This document shows positions 36,981 through 51,385 of a DNA stretch of 64,000 nt, one piece after another. Position 1 is the stretch's first letter, and each line of letters starts with the position of its first letter. The stretch spans positions 357,244,001 to 357,308,000 of the forward strand of contig NC_091470.1 in assembly GCF_036971445.1 (NCBI RefSeq), read 5' to 3'. The translations under genes were made by a program, and so were the position numbers. Origin of the DNA: Narcine bancroftii. Lineage: Eukaryota. The notes below the pieces were generated by a model. It ran no database searches, was not told the DNA's origin, and saw only the letters and a program-made list of their open reading frames with translations.

Positions 36981-38403
36981 AATGTTTTACATTTTAAACT
37001 TATGTTATATTTGAGTAATCTCTAGAGGTTTGACTGTTCCTCAGCATGGCACATAGAAAGAGCAGAGTGTGTAATTTGTATATCTGATCCTGCTGTTCCA
37101 GTGGGGGGGGGGGGGGGTGGGTGGGGGGGGGGTGCAAGAACAAGAGTATTGGGACTGACTGTTGGTGACAACACAAGAAGTAGAGATCCAGAGTGTAACA
37201 ATGCCAGGTTGTCCCTGGAATCAGAGGGAGATTTTTTCTTTGTTTGACTCTCTATCTCACTGCTCTGTATTCAGTAGAATAGGGCGCCTCCCTTATGCTG
37301 ACTGACTCTATACAGTAATTATCTTCCCTCATCCACACTCTACAACATGTCACAAATCAGCAAAATTTACTGCTACAAGGCCTTTTTTATTCTAATCCTC
37401 CTTTAACCCAAGTATCCCTTCCTAAAGCTGGAAGGTCAAGGATCTGCTTTGGATTTGATATCCCAATCCAGCCTCTCCCACAAGTTAAATCTTGCTGACA
37501 GTTTAATTCTCCCCACAGGGCTACCAATGTCCAAGACACTCTCTCATTCGTGCTGAACTTGTGCTTACAACCACACTTGGGCAGCCATTGCTTCCTATCT
37601 TTACAGAACAGTTGTTAGTGTTATTAAAGTGAAAAGTTTTCCATGTGCATCAAATGATCCTTGAAAGTAGTTTCTGGTGACCTCTGCTTTAGCCTCTACT
37701 TCCCAATTAGCCTATTGATAAAGCTGATGTTGTAATTATTCCGACTTTACAACCTAGTTGCAACAGATGGTGGCAATATTTGTTCTATACTTTAGCAAAG
37801 TTGCATGATGTACTATGATTTTCTATTTACCCACAGAAAGGACTATGTGTTCTGTTAGTTCTATGTAATTGATAGCCTATTTAAGTGTGATTTTAAAAAA
37901 AAGTATTTGTTGCTCTTTGAGGATTATTTTGAGTACCAATGTTTTCCATGGAGTAAAGGAGGCGGAGGAGTGACCTTATAGAGGTTATGGGGTTTAAAAA
38001 ATTGGTCTTTTCCTCAAAGTAGGGGAATTAAAGCTGGGGGGGGGGCATAGATTAAGGTGAGAGAGGAAATGTTTGAGAGACCTGAGGGACAACTTTTTCC
38101 ACACAGAACGTGTCCTCTATATGGAATATAAATTGGTAGAATAAGTGACAGAAGCAGATACAATCACAATGATGTTTAAATACATTGGGACAGGTGCTTA
38201 AATTTGAAAGTTTTAAAGAGATGTGGGGCAAACACAAGCAAATGAGTTTAGCTCAGACAGACATCTTTGGCATGAAGGAGTTGGGCTGAACATCAGTTTC
38301 TGTGCTTTACTACCGTACTCTGACTCTATCCAGCTCCCAGGGATGAGTGCTAGATAGATTGCTCATTCTCGAGTAAGATTAGTGGGTTTTAGTTAATCAC
38401 CAC

Positions 38404-38870
38404 ATCGAATCCACGCTGCTGAAGATCCAACTGCGCTGGGTAGGTCACGTCTCCGGAATGGAGGACCATCGCCTTCCCAAGATCGTGTTATATGGCGAGC
38501 TCTCCACTGGCCACCGTGACAGAGGTGCACCAAAGAAAAGGTACAAGGACTGCCTAAAGAAATCTCTTGGTGCCTGCCACATTGACCACTGCCAGTGGGC
38601 TGATATCGCCTCAAACCGTGCATCTTGGCGCCTCACAGTTCGGCGGGCAGTAACCTCCTTTGAAGAAGACCGCAGAGCCCACCTCACTGACAAAAGACAA
38701 AGGAGGAAGAACCCAACACCCAACCCCAACCCACTAATTTTCCCCTGCATCCGCTGCAACCGTGCCTGCCTGTCCCGCAACGGACTTGTCAGCCACAAAC
38801 GAGCCTGCAGCTGACGTGGACATTTACCCCTCCATAAATCTTCGTCCGCGAAGCCAAGCCAAAGAAAGAA
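38404..38870 (+). mobile_element. RTE LINE 3' fragment
   Basis: RLPKIVLYGEL..RYKDCLKKSL..C-terminal zinc finger (CIRCNRAC..SHKRAC); same family as 57085-58322. Confidence 0.92.
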
Positions 38871-40879
38871 CATCTGCAATTAATTTGATGCCTGAGAAGA
38901 GGTTTCAAAACCAGAGGAGTTGTCTGAGGGTAGTGGACTGATTGGTCATGATCCTGTTAGAAAGAAACTATTTTAATAATTTGTGGATATTTTGGAGGTC
39001 TATAACTGAGTCTCATGGCTGTTTAATTTTTTTAAAGATTGAATTCAATTAATTTTTGAACTACATTCACACACGGTGATCAGAAACCACAGGCAACTCT
39101 GCAGATTTTTCTAATGAGCCACAACTGGTGTACAGTGCAGAATTCAGATCATAGTGTTAAAGGAAGGATGAGGTGGCACTGGGAGATTGCAGAGGAGATT
39201 CACTGGGATGAAGAGATTAGGCTGAGGACAGTCTAGAAAGATTTTTATTTCTTTGGAGTCGAGAATGTACCTGATGTATACAATGTGGTAAGTAATGTAG
39301 GGTAGATATAAGGGAATATTTCTCTATTGCAGATGTATCCAGGAGTAGAACGCAAAAGTCCGCAGACACTGTGATTGAAGTAAAGACATAATGCTGAAGA
39401 AACTTAGCAGGTTAAACAGTGCACTTTATATAGCAAAAATAAAGCGACATAATCAGCTTTTTGGCCCCTGTTCCCCTCCCTCTCCCCCTCCCCCCAATCA
39501 TTTTGATTGGGCGCCTGCCTGTATTTTGTTCATACCTTGATGAAAGGCTCAAGCCCGAAGCTTGAGATGGTCTGAGTTCTGTTCAGACTGACCGGTTGGA
39601 TCTTGAAATGGACCTAAGTCAGCCCTAAGTATTTTACTCTGGGCCGACGCGTTCTTAAACTGGAGCCATGGCACTTCGCTCACAGCCCAGCCCTCCCGCC
39701 TGGCTCTGGAAGGACCCGTTGCCTACCAGCACCTCGCCTGCGCTCACCTCCCTGAGCTCGAACACCCAGTCCACTACTCCCTTCGTGTCCCGAAAATTGA
39801 ACTCAGCAGCAATGGAATCTCGGTGCCCTCCCGGCCCATTGGTTCTTCAAAATAAACAGCCCTCTGGATCCCCAGGACCTAATGCATAATTATTGTATTT
39901 ACATGTATAAAAAAAATTTATACAGTACCTTTTTCAGTCATACGTAGAGATGGTTGTAGGTCGCATAGGTCGTAAGTAGTGTATAAAGTACACTATTTGA
40001 CCTGCTGAGTTGCTCCAGCATTGTGTTTTCACTTGGATGTATCGTGGGACAGGGGGCATTAGTATAAATGGTAAATGATTTGGATTTTTTTTACCCCTAG
40101 GCTGGTTGAGATTTGGAGCTGGACATTATCACTATTAACATGTTGTTGAGCAGTTGAAATGTCATGGTGTTGACAGTTTCAGTTCAAGTGCTGGAAATGG
40201 GATTAATATAGTAGGAGCTGATTTATGTCTTATGCAACTTACGACCACCTGACTGGAAACAATACTGTATTTAAAAAAAAATGTAAAAATTGCGCTTTTT
40301 GGGTAAAAGTAGAGGCCTATCAATGGGAATAGCGCCAATGGCAGGGATGGCCAACCTCTTGCGAGAGCTGGCCTTGGTGGCTTGCATATTGTATTTGGTG
40401 AACGATCAAACAAATATAATGAATTTCTGACATGTGTCGATTTTGAGGTACGACCGATCTGTCAGAATGGAGCTTGGTTGCAAGTTGGGGACTACTTGTA
40501 CTTGATGGCTAAAGTAGATGTAGCAGATTGAAGGACCCTGCTTTCAGGAAAATAGACATAATCTTACTGAAGAGCAGCATGACATTTTGAGGGACAATTT
40601 GGGCTTCCCTCTGTTCCTGCTAATTTCCATCCATGATGTTGAATTAATGCATTTGTGATTATGAGGGCTGGATTAATTGATCAAATTTACATAACTTTTC
40701 ATGATCCATATCCCTCCATTTTCCTGTGTGCTCATGTTCCTGTCCAAATGCACTACCCTGGACCACATTTTTTTTTCAAATGATTTACTTCCTGTGAAAC
40801 AATTTCAAGATGAACATAAAGATCATTTCAGATTTGGTGAAATTGGAGAAACATTAACTTTTATTGAATTTAGCATGTG

Positions 40880-41470
40880 TCACTGTATGATTTACCTCTG
40901 AGCCAAGCTCACAGGTTGACTTGCACATGTTGCACAACAAATGTGAGGAGCCCAGGGTTTGTCGTGGTCATCAACTTTAAAATGGAAGTTGAGCTCAGAG
41001 GCTTTCTTAATAAGTGCAGTCATGCTGCGTCTTTGAACCTCAAGTGTATACTCACCACAAATGAAACAGAATGTATCACAGCTGTTGCAATATTGATAAA
41101 CCATTTCTGCTGTACTGAATCTTTCTGAAAACAATATATGCTATTGTTAAGTATATTCACTATGGTATTACCTGAAGAACATGCATCCAATCTATAATTA
41201 ATGTAATGCACAGCATCTGTATATGTGAGCTGCTTTTATAGCCTGTCTGCATCTAAGCATGTTGCCCAAGGCCACATTTGCATAGCACCCGCACTAAGAC
41301 TGACCAAAACAGCTTACAGAATACTTAGGATATGACAGGAAATAACAAAAATAGGACAGATCTAAAAATTGGTACAAGATCATTTTAAGGTGATTTTTGC
41401 GATCAGCAGCCCAAAATCCTTAAAAATACACCAAGTGTTCAGGAAGCAAAATCTTCATTGTCCAGTGCTA
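40880..41470 (-). mobile_element. DNA transposon fragment (N-terminal Cys/His-rich transposase-like region; superfamily not determined)
   Basis: FCFICGEYT..KKA...DDHDKPWAPHICCATC; a piece of the same family recurs at ~46665-46740. Confidence 0.55.
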
Positions 41471-42441
41471 TTGCATCTGGTTCTCTCAAATCTTGTACTT
41501 TCCCCATCTCCCAGCAACACATTCCAGCTACCATTCTGTTTGTACATCTCTTACAGCTCTGCCCTTTATTTGAAAATGAAATTGTTTCGATTTAAAAAGC
41601 TATCTTTTTGATAATGGTGAAATATTAGATTCTCAGAAAACAATTAATTTTATTCACTGATGTTTACATGGAAAGGATTTTTTAAAAGTTAAATATAAAT
41701 TAAAAATATTTTCAAATTATATTTAGATTTACAGCATGGTAACATGCCTTTTTCGCCCATGAGACCGTGTTGCCCAATTTATACCCAATTATCTTGTGCT
41801 CTGGTACATTTTGAATGGTGGGAGGAAACCGCAGCCTCTGGCATGGGGAGAACATACAGGCAGGACAGGATTTGAACCCTGGCCCTGATTGTTGGCGCTG
41901 TTGCCCACTATATTTGGTCTGGCCTTTTATGGTTCATGGGCAATATTTAGCCATGCCATTCCATGACAATTATTTACAGAAAAGCTTTAAGTTTTTAATG
42001 AAGTTTGACTAAGGAATAGGGGTTGTGATTGGAGACACCAGATAAATGGAAAAAAAATAAAAGAATGCTGAAAACACCAAGCCATGGAAAATTTTGTGGA
42101 AAGAGTAACAGTTATTATTTCGGGTCCCAGAACCTATTGTAAGTTTGCATGCAAATCTTTTTTAAAATGCTTTTTAAAAAAAAAACATCTATCGATTTTT
42201 TTTCCTTCTGTGAAGTTGATTTATGTTAAGCTGTCAGCAAGCCTTTATTGAGGTTGGTGACTGAATTTTTTACAAGCTTGGTTAAGAATTAGCGTGTGAA
42301 GTGAAGTGAATAAACAGTTAAATGTGGTCGTATTCCTGAAGGTTCAATGAATACTTTCCTGGAAAGACCTCTGGCTACTTAATGGGAGCAGAATACTCCA
42401 GACTGCTGCCTTCCTTGTACCTGAACACAAAGAAAAAACAG

Positions 42442-42492
<51 letters not shown>

Positions 42493-42606
42493 TTCCCTCC
42501 CTCTCCCTTTACCTTCTGTCTCACAGAGAAGGGCTCAGGCCCGAAGTATTGGTATTATATCTTTACCTCTTATGGACACTGCAAGACCGATTGAGTTCCT
42601 CCAGTA

Positions 42607-42840
42607 TCACGGTTGGCAAGACAGTAGTGCAACGCCTTTACAGCGCCAGCGATTGGGACCAAATCCGGCACTGTCTGTAAGGAGTTTGTATGTTCTCCCC
42701 GTGTCTGCGTGGCTTTTCTCTAGGGGATCCAATTTCCTCCCACCCTTCAAAATATACTGGGAGTATAAGTTAATGGGGTGTAAATTGGGCAGCACAAACT
42801 TGTGCCGAAATGGCCTGTAACCGTGCTGTAAGTTTAAATT
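42607..42840 (+). mobile_element. tRNA-derived SINE (related copies at ~58905-59120, ~62535-62730, and - strand ~41725-41910, ~60250-60360)
   Basis: Shared core ctgtctgtaaggagtttgta(c/t)gttctccc..gtctgcgtgg with a tRNA-like head. Confidence 0.75.
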
Positions 42841-45800
42841 TTTTTAAAGTGTGTTTTTACAAAGAAGAACATGAAGTGCTGGTAATATTCAGTCGGTTAG
42901 GTCAGGTCTTTGAGAGGAGACCCTGAGTTGCTTTTTCTGGGACCAATATTTTGATTTTTTTTCCCATGAGTTACAGAGCTTTGCTGTGACTGCAACTCAG
43001 CTCTGAAAGAAACATGAGAAGTTGTAAGTGGTTAACGGCACCACCAGGTGGTGCACAAAGCAAGCTAAGGGAGCTAACAGGGAGCATCCATGAGTAGAAA
43101 TGGTCAATCCTTGTTTCTGGTGTGAACCCTTTATCAAGACTACTCCGTGCAGGCTTTAAAGGGTATGTTCATGGAGCTGACAGTGGTTTTATTTTAAAAT
43201 TCTGCGACTGCGGGGTCTGCACCCAAGTTGGTCGGCAGCAGCCAAGAAGGATTACAGAGTGGGGAAGCAGAGGACTGGTGTAGGGCAACAGAAAACAGGG
43301 AGATAACCCCTTCCCACCCCACCCCACCCCACTGTTTGAGAAGGAGAAGCAGAGGAGATGACCCTCCTGGTACTGTGACCACAGTGGCGGATCAGGGAAG
43401 GGTTCTGTGGCTGAAGAACACACAGGTGGGCTGCTGGTGACTCGAGGCAAAGAACCTGCACAGGCTGCGGGCTGATGGCAACTGCAGGTGAGGGATTCAC
43501 TCCAAGTGGTGGACAGCTGGAGACTGGCTGAAGGAGCACCTGGTATTGGAACTGGGATGCGAGAGGTGTGCTGAAGGGCTGATCATGTCAGAGGTTGGGA
43601 TTGAGCACAGGCCGCTGATGGTTTGGACTGGACTCTTGAGTGGCTGCGGGGGCTGCAGCAGCACCGGAGGTGAATCGATGGACAAGTGGGGACTCTTATT
43701 TTTGCTTCTCTTTCTCTGACTGTAAGAGGTGCTTCAGGCAATTTCTGCTGACGGTGAATTCCACATGATATTGCACTTTTAAAAAATATTTTAAAAGTTT
43801 TAAGACACAATTACATTTCAATTAATAATGAATTATATATAAAAAAAACAATACATGTGGTAGATATAAACCTTACTCCATCACCCACCTCCTCCAAGTC
43901 AGAGAAAGAGAAACAAAAAAAGAGTCCCCACTTGTCCGTCGATTCGCATCCGGTGCTGCTGCAGCCCCCGAAGCCACTCAGAGTCCAGTCCATCCCATCT
44001 ACCCTCTAAAAATACATACACAAATTCAAATCAACTGCTGTGAAACTGAAAATCACCACCAGGATGGGCTATTGAGAGTTTAAATCTTCAGACCAGCATG
44101 TTGTAAATATGGGCTCCATATTTTCAGAAAAAAACGATCTTTATCACGTAAACTAGAAATTATTTTTTTCAAGAGGAATACAAGATCTCAATTCAGTATG
44201 CTGTTTTGCATTCCTAAATCCATATCAAATTTCTAAATAATAGTTTCACATTTCCTAGAAATGGCTACGGCTAATCGTAAAAATTCAAATTGATACAGTT
44301 AATTTTAAACTAACCATTTTAACAACTCTCATTAAAAACAACATTGGATTGAATGGAAATTTAACCCTTAATATTTTCTCCAAAAATATTTTAACTTGTA
44401 TCCAAAAAAATTTAACCTTAGTGCGTTGTCAAGTCGAATGGAAAAATGAACCTATCCCTTCACCACATCTAAAACATAAATCTGATAATATTAAATTATA
44501 TATTTTTAATTTTTGAGGAGTTAAATGTAATTGATGTAAAAATTATATTGTACTAATCTATAACTCATTAATAATTTTAGTCATATTATCTTTACATAAC
44601 ATTCTCCAATAATTTTTATCTATCTTTCCATTTAAATCAGTTTCCCATCTCAATTTTGATTTATGAATATTTGGTTTAGACATTTTTCTTTGAAGTAGTT
44701 TATATATTTCTGAAATAAATTTATTTGTATCTCCTTTAGTAATTAATGTTTCTAATTCAAACTTTCTAGATAATCTTAAATGTTGACCTAAATTATCCAA
44801 TAGAAAAGCTTCAACTTGATAATAACAAAAAAGTATTATTTGGGAAATTATAATTTTCCTTTATTCGTTGAAATGAAGTAAAATTACCAGCTTCAAAACA
44901 ATTCTCAACTGTTTTTGTCCCCATTTGGTTCCATATCTTCAAAAACTGATTATTTAGTAAAAGGAAAAAAAGCTTATTTTGATATAAAGGCGTTTTATGG
45001 GAAATCTTAACCTTTCCCACCTATTTTATTCCATAATTCAATCAAATGTTTCAATGTAGGTAGATCTTTGGTACCTATTAATAATTTTGAATTCCATATA
45101 TAAATAAATTCCTGTATAAAGTTTAGTATTTTAGTTAATTCTGTCTTAGCCCACACTGAAAGTTCATCTCAATCAAACATACCACTAATAAATGTCAACT
45201 GAGCAGCTTTATAATAATTTTGAAATGTGGAAGTTGTAAACCACCTAATTCAAATTTCCAAGTTAATTTTTCCAAAAATACTCTAACCATTTGCTCTTTC
45301 CACAAAAAAATTCTAATAATGTAATTTAAATTCTTAATTTTTTTTTGAGGTAATCAACAAGGAAGAGATTGAAAAAATACTGAATCCTCAGAAAAATATT
45401 CATTTTAGTACAATTTACTCTACCTATTAAAGTAATAGGTAAATCATTCCATCCATTTAAATCATCTTTAATTTTATTAAGTAATAGTAAATAATTCAAT
45501 TTACATAAATTATCCAAATATTTATCTATTTTAATACTTAAATATTTAATTGCAATATCTGTCCATCTAAACTGGGCAATCTGTTTACACTGATTATAAT
45601 CTCCCCTAATCAATGGCATAATTTTACTTTAATCCCAGTTAATCCTATAACCTGATTTTTCACCATTCTTTTAGTCTCATATATAATGACGCAAATAATT
45701 TTCAGGATCTGTTATATAAATCAAAACATCATCACCAAACAAATTAATTTTAAATTCCTCATTATTAACTTTAATTCCTTTAATATTGATATCTTGTCTT

Positions 45801-47029
45801 ATTGCTTGTGCTAAAGGTTCAATTGCCAAAACAAATAATGGTGGGAACAAAGGCTATCCTTGTTTAGTTGATCGAGTTAATGAAAAAGCAGGAGAAATTT
45901 GTTTATTAGCCATCTCTTTAGCAGAGAGATTTTTATAAAGTTTTAACCCAACTAATAAATACTGATCCAAATCCAAATTTTTCCAGTACATTAAATAACT
46001 CCATTCTAATTTATTGAAAGCCTTTTCAGCATCTAATGAAAAAACTTCTGCCAAATCTGACTTCTTCTGAGATATATGAATTAAACTAATTAATTTTGCA
46101 ATATTATCTGTGGAATATTGTTGTTTTTTAACAAATCCAGATTGATCCACATGGAGCCATTAATAGTTCTTGAAGTCTGTTGGCCAAGCCAGGACCTTAT
46201 GTGCCCTTACCCCCAATTCATAATACTTCTGCCTGGTTCTTTTGACTGATTTGTCTTTTCTTATAAGTTTGTATTGAATTATAATATATTTTCTTATTTA
46301 TTAAATCTGTTTTTTTCCTTTCAGATGGATCTTTCTGCAATTTTTTTCTCTAAAGTCTTTATTTCTTTCTCAATTTATCTACTTCTATACGATAATCTTT
46401 TTTTTAATTTTAGTAGAGTAACTTATTATTTGACCTCTTAAATAGGCTTTCAAAGTTTCCCAGAAACAAATTTATTATCAACAGAATCAGTATTAATATC
46501 TGAATTTGATTCCTTATGTAATTATAAAAATCAACATTTCTCAATAATGAAGAATGAAATCTCCATTTATAAATTGAACAAATTGTTTCAGAACCTAAAC
46601 ATGAAATCAAAAAAGGTGAATGATCTGATAAAATTTGAGCTTTACATTCTGCATGTATAACATGCGGTACTGAATCTTTTTGAAAACAATATATACTATT
46701 GTTAAGTATATTCATTATGGCATTACCTGAAGAGCATGCGCATCAAAATGCATTCAATCGTATGTTACTTTTTCTAATGGAATACATTTATTCATTTCTA
46801 TGTACCATTGTTGTATTCTCAAATTATCTTCTAATTTCCAGGTTGACATAATACATTTTTTTGCTACAGCTAGGGCTATCATAACAAATATTTTTTGTGG
46901 TCCATCCAAATCAAGTCCAAATTCTTTGTTTTTTATATTACTTAGGAGGAAGATCTCTGGGTTTTTTGGTATATTGCTTTTTGTGATTTTATTTAGTATC
47001 TGGTTTAGGGTTAGAGTTAGAGTTAGGGT

Positions 47030-48266
47030 GGTACACTGGTATTTTGAACATGTGTATATAGACCTGGTTGGACCATTTCCAGTATTTCAGAGCATGAGAT
47101 ACATCCTGATGGTCATAGACTGATTCACGCGCTGGCCAGAGGACATCCCGTTGCCATCTAGTGACATTGGAACATGCGCCAGAGCATTCATTGTCAATTG
47201 GATCGCTAGATTTGGTGTCTCGACACACATAACTTCAGACCACAGAGCACAATTCACCTCTGTGTTATGGACTGTCCTTACACATTTTTGTGGCACACAA
47301 CTGCATCACACTACAGCGTACTACCTGCAGTCCAAATGTCTTGTGGAACTTTTCCACCGACAACTCAAATCCGTACTCAAAGCCCAACTCACTGGGCCCA
47401 TTTGGATTGAAGAGTTACCGTGGGTTCTACTGGGAGTGCGCACTGCTCCCAAGGAAGACTTGCCTGCATCATCCACGGAGATGGTTCATGGTTCAGTTCT
47501 CTCGGTTCCAGGTGACGTTCACTTCTTGTCCAACTCTGACCTGGACGTGTTTCAGCAACTTCAATGTGGCGCCGCAGTTAGTAAACCTATTCCAAACAGC
47601 TGTCATGGAACCCCTAAACAATATGTGCCTCCACCTTTCCTTGACGCTCACTTTGTGTTTGTGCGCAGACAGGCTCCAGAAGCACCATTGCAACAGCTGT
47701 ATGATGGCCCTTTTTGCGTGGTTAAGTGGGACGGAGCTGTGTATACTTTGGGCATGGGGGGGGCATTCGCAACTGTTTAGTCTTGACAGACTCAAGCCTG
47801 CACATGTGGATCCTATCTCACTCAGTCTTTGTCCCCAGCCCAGGTGACAAGGGCATCTGCCAAAGGTGCATATGGCCAGTTCATTTGTTTTGGGCAACAA
47901 TTTGGGGTGGTGGGGAGTAGTGTAGCGGTTGTGTAGCAGGCTGAGCGGACACATAGCACGGTATCGTGAACTGTTGCTGATGTGGCTCACCAGCGAACGC
48001 CTGGGCAATGGACTGCGTACACATGGTGCTGCATGCTGAATAATGGCATGCTGGATTGCTATGCCTCTCTGGATGGTGCAGGGCTCCCACCATGTTTACT
48101 TTAAACCTGCCAGCCCCATGGATTGGTGGCAAACACATAGTGATGTCACCCCCCTGTCCCGTGGAGCCCGAGATGAGAGGGGTATAAAAGAAGCATGGTA
48201 AACTCAAATAAGCAGTCTTTGGTTGACTAATTCTCTGTATGTGTGTTGATTTAGTAGCTTGTGACA
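47030..48266 (+). mobile_element. Gypsy LTR retrotransposon 3' part: integrase, PPT and LTR (47921-48266)
   Basis: HVYIDLVGP, WIARFGV..ITSDHRAQFTS, LPWVLLGVRT, YDGPF; G-rich PPT at 47901-47920; LTR TGTAG...TGACA with TATAAAA. Confidence 0.88.
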
Positions 48267-48581
48267 GAATAATCCTTTTCTTTTGGATTTAATTTCCTCC
48301 AAATATCAACCAGGTTCAAATCTTTCATAGTTCAAATTTTTTTTGCAGTTTTGGTTCTAGTTTATTATTTTTGCATTTTATCTAATAGTGGATCTAAACA
48401 GCAATTAAAGTCACCACCAATTATCACATTATCGTTTGCTTCTGCAAGATGAAAAAATGAATCCTGAATAAATTTTTCATCATCTACATTAGGTGCATAA
48501 ATATTTGTGTCCAAAATTCTGAATAAATTTGGAAATTTACTAAAACAAACCTTCTTGCAGAATCAATAACAGTAGATAGTA

Positions 48582-49078
48582 GCCGTTTTCAGGTGGCCAG
48601 AATACCCAAATGGAAAGCCGCCTAAAATACCCCAATGTGGCAGTTGGGAGGCCACCTGAATGCAGAAAACCCATCCCCGAGGAGCACTTAACCCATCTCA
48701 GGGTGGTATATTCTCCACTTCTGAGCGCTCCCCCTTGGCACCTGGAAGCAGCAAGGTGGCTAGCAGCTTTCAGGTGCCTAGCAGGGGGCGGGCTGATGAC
48801 AGTCAGCCAGTGACCCAACTCCCTGCTGCCGACAGCCCCCTCCCTGCTGCCTGACAGCCCCCCCACTGCGGGATGTCAGGGCTGGAGTGGCCGGTGTGGG
48901 ACTACGAGGCTGGGGAGGCCGGCATGGGAGGGGGGGTTGTTGGTAGTGGGAAGGGAGGCTGTTAGGCAGCTGCCCCTGCCTCGATTCAGGAGCCGGCGTT
49001 TGCTCCACGGCACCTCTCCCTGCTGCAGACATTTCAGGTGGCTGAATACCACCTTCAGCGCTGCCACCTGAACGTCTC
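48582..49078. mobile_element. Probable non-autonomous DNA element with imperfect TIRs
   Basis: Ends gccgttttcaggtggc / gccacctgaacgtc; GC-rich insert inside AT-rich L1. Confidence 0.45.
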
Positions 49079-49254
49079 TTTGCAGACACCCGCAGCCGGC
49101 TCTGAATTCTCCCAGAAAGAGGCTTGTAATTAAAAAGGCAACTTCTTATTAATTAAAATAGCAACCACCTTTGCTTCAGAATTAATAGATGAAGCTATAA
49201 CTTGATCAGCCCAATCCCTTTTTAATTTTTGATGTTCTCTTTCAGTTAAATGAG

Positions 49255-49540
49255 TGTCTTGTAGATTTAGGACAGAGATGAGGAAAAATAGTTTTTCCCA
49301 GAGAGTAGTGAATGTTTGGAATTCTCTAACCAGGGAAGTGGTTGAGGCTGCCTCATTAAACATATTTAAAATTCGGTTAGATAAATTTTTACATGATAGA
49401 GGAATTAGGGGATATGGGGAGAAGGCAGGTAGGTGGAGTTAGGTCATAAATTAGATCAGCCATGATCGTATTGAATGGCGGAGCAGGCTCGATGGGCCAT
49501 TTTTGGCCTACTCCTGTTCCTACTTCCTATGTTCCTATGT
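49255..49540 (+). mobile_element. CR1 3' end inserted in the L1 endonuclease region
   Basis: FSQRVVNVWNSL motif; tail ...cttcctatgttcctatgtt. Confidence 0.85.
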
Positions 49541-50159
49541 TGTAAAAAAGCAATATCAACTTTCAAATTTTTAATATAATTTAATATCTTTTTTCTCTTA
49601 ATTGAATTATTTATCCCATTTGCATTATAAGTTACAAAATTCAAATTATAAATCTAAAGATGGATAACTCTCACCACTCGTCTCGGCTCCAGAGCAGTTT
49701 CAAAAAATAATATCTCCTAATGAAAGAAAGTAAGAAACTCGTAAATGAGAGAGCAAATTCCCCACTCAAAAAAAAAGTACTGATATAAAATAAACCAGTA
49801 TTACTCCCCTCTATGGCAAGCGGCCTTCACCACTCAGTGGCATGAGGCTGCGGCAGGAGCCAAATTTCCCCTGCAGCCGCTGCAACCGTGTCTGCCTGTC
49901 TCGCATCGGTCTTGTCAGCCACAAACGAGCCTGCAGCTGACGTGGACTTTTACCCCCTCCATAAATCTTCGTCCGCGAAGCCAAGCCAAAGAAGTATGGT
50001 AAGCTTCTTCGAGATCCTCATTTACTTAATCATCATCAATCTTAATCGATTCTCCGCACTCCATCATCTGAGATCTATCTCTCAATTTATCTTGACTCAA
50101 TTTAGGTTGTTGAAAAGAATAATTTTGAGTAACATCTTATTTATCTTATTTATTATGAG

Positions 50160-51385
50160 AGCAATGAGCTCTCTGAACCCTTCTCCATTAACAATGGCGT
50201 GAAGCAAGGCTGTGTTCTCGCACCAACCCTCTTTTCAATCTTCTTCAGCATGATGCTGAACCAAGCCATGAAAGACCCCAACAATGAAGACGCTGTTTAC
50301 ATCCGGTACCGCACGGATGGCAGTCTCTTCAATCTGAGGCGCCTGCAAGCTCACACCAAGACACAAGAGAAACTTGTCCGTGAACTACTCTTTGCAGACG
50401 ATGCTGCTTTAGTTGCCCATTCAGAGCCAGCTCTTCAGCGCTTGACGTCCTGTTTTGCGGAAACTGCCAAAATGTTTGGACTGGAAGTCAGCCTGAAGAA
50501 AACTGAGGTCCTCCATCAGCCAGCTCCCCACCATGACTACCAGCCCCCCCACATCTCCATCAGGCACACAAAACTCAAAACGGTCAACCAGTTTACCTAT
50601 CTCGGCTGCACCATTTCATCAGATGCAAGGATCGACAATGAGATAGACAACAGACTCGCCAAGGCAAATAGCGCCTTTGGAAGACTACACAAAAGAGTCT
50701 GGAAAAACAACCAACTGAAAAACCTCACAAAGATAAGCGTATACAGAGCCGTTGTCATACCCACACTCCTGTTCGGCTCCGAATCATGGGTCCTCTACCG
50801 GCATCACCTACGGCTCCTAGAACGCTTCCACCAGCGTTGTCTCCGCTCCATCCTCAACATCCATTGGAGCGCTTTCATCCCTAACGTCAAAGTACTCGAG
50901 ATGGCAGAGGTCGACAGCATCGAGTCCACGCTGCTGAAGATCCAGCTGCGCTGGGTGGGTCATATCTCCAGAATGGAGGACCATCGCCTTCCCAAGATCG
51001 TGTTATATGGCGAGCTCTCCACTGGCCACCGTGACAGAGGTGCACCAAAGAAAAGGTACAAGGACTGCCTAAAGTAATCTCTTGGTGCCTGCCACATTGA
51101 CCACTGCTGATATCGCCTGATATCGCCTCAAACCGTGCATCTTGGCGCCTCACAGTTTGGCGGGCAGCAACCTCCTTTGAAGAAGACCGCAGAGCCCACC
51201 TCACTGACAAAAGGCAAAGGAGGAAAAACCCAACACCCAACCCCAACCAACCAATTTTCCCCTGCAACCGCTGCAACCGTGTCTGCCTGTCCCGCATCGG
51301 TCTTGTCAGCCACAAACGAGCCTGCAGCTGACGTGGACTTTTACCCCCTCCATAAATCTTCGTCCGCGAAGCCAAGCCAAAGAAG
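50160..51385 (+). mobile_element. RTE LINE, 5'-truncated, young
   Basis: 292-aa ORF: KQGCVLAPTLF, LLFADD, FTYLG. Confidence 0.93.

Larger units (their letters stand above)
43780..49860 (-). mobile_element. Decayed L1/Tx1-clade LINE with multiple nested insertions
   Basis: Endonuclease start NFVTYNANGIN..KRKKIL, LSDHSP, DQSGFVK, SLDAEKAF, GRVNCTKMNI. Confidence 0.85.

Noticed and set aside
37102-37133. G-runs as possible G-quadruplex
   Set aside because: Simple homopolymer tracts are common throughout this window; no specific evidence of function
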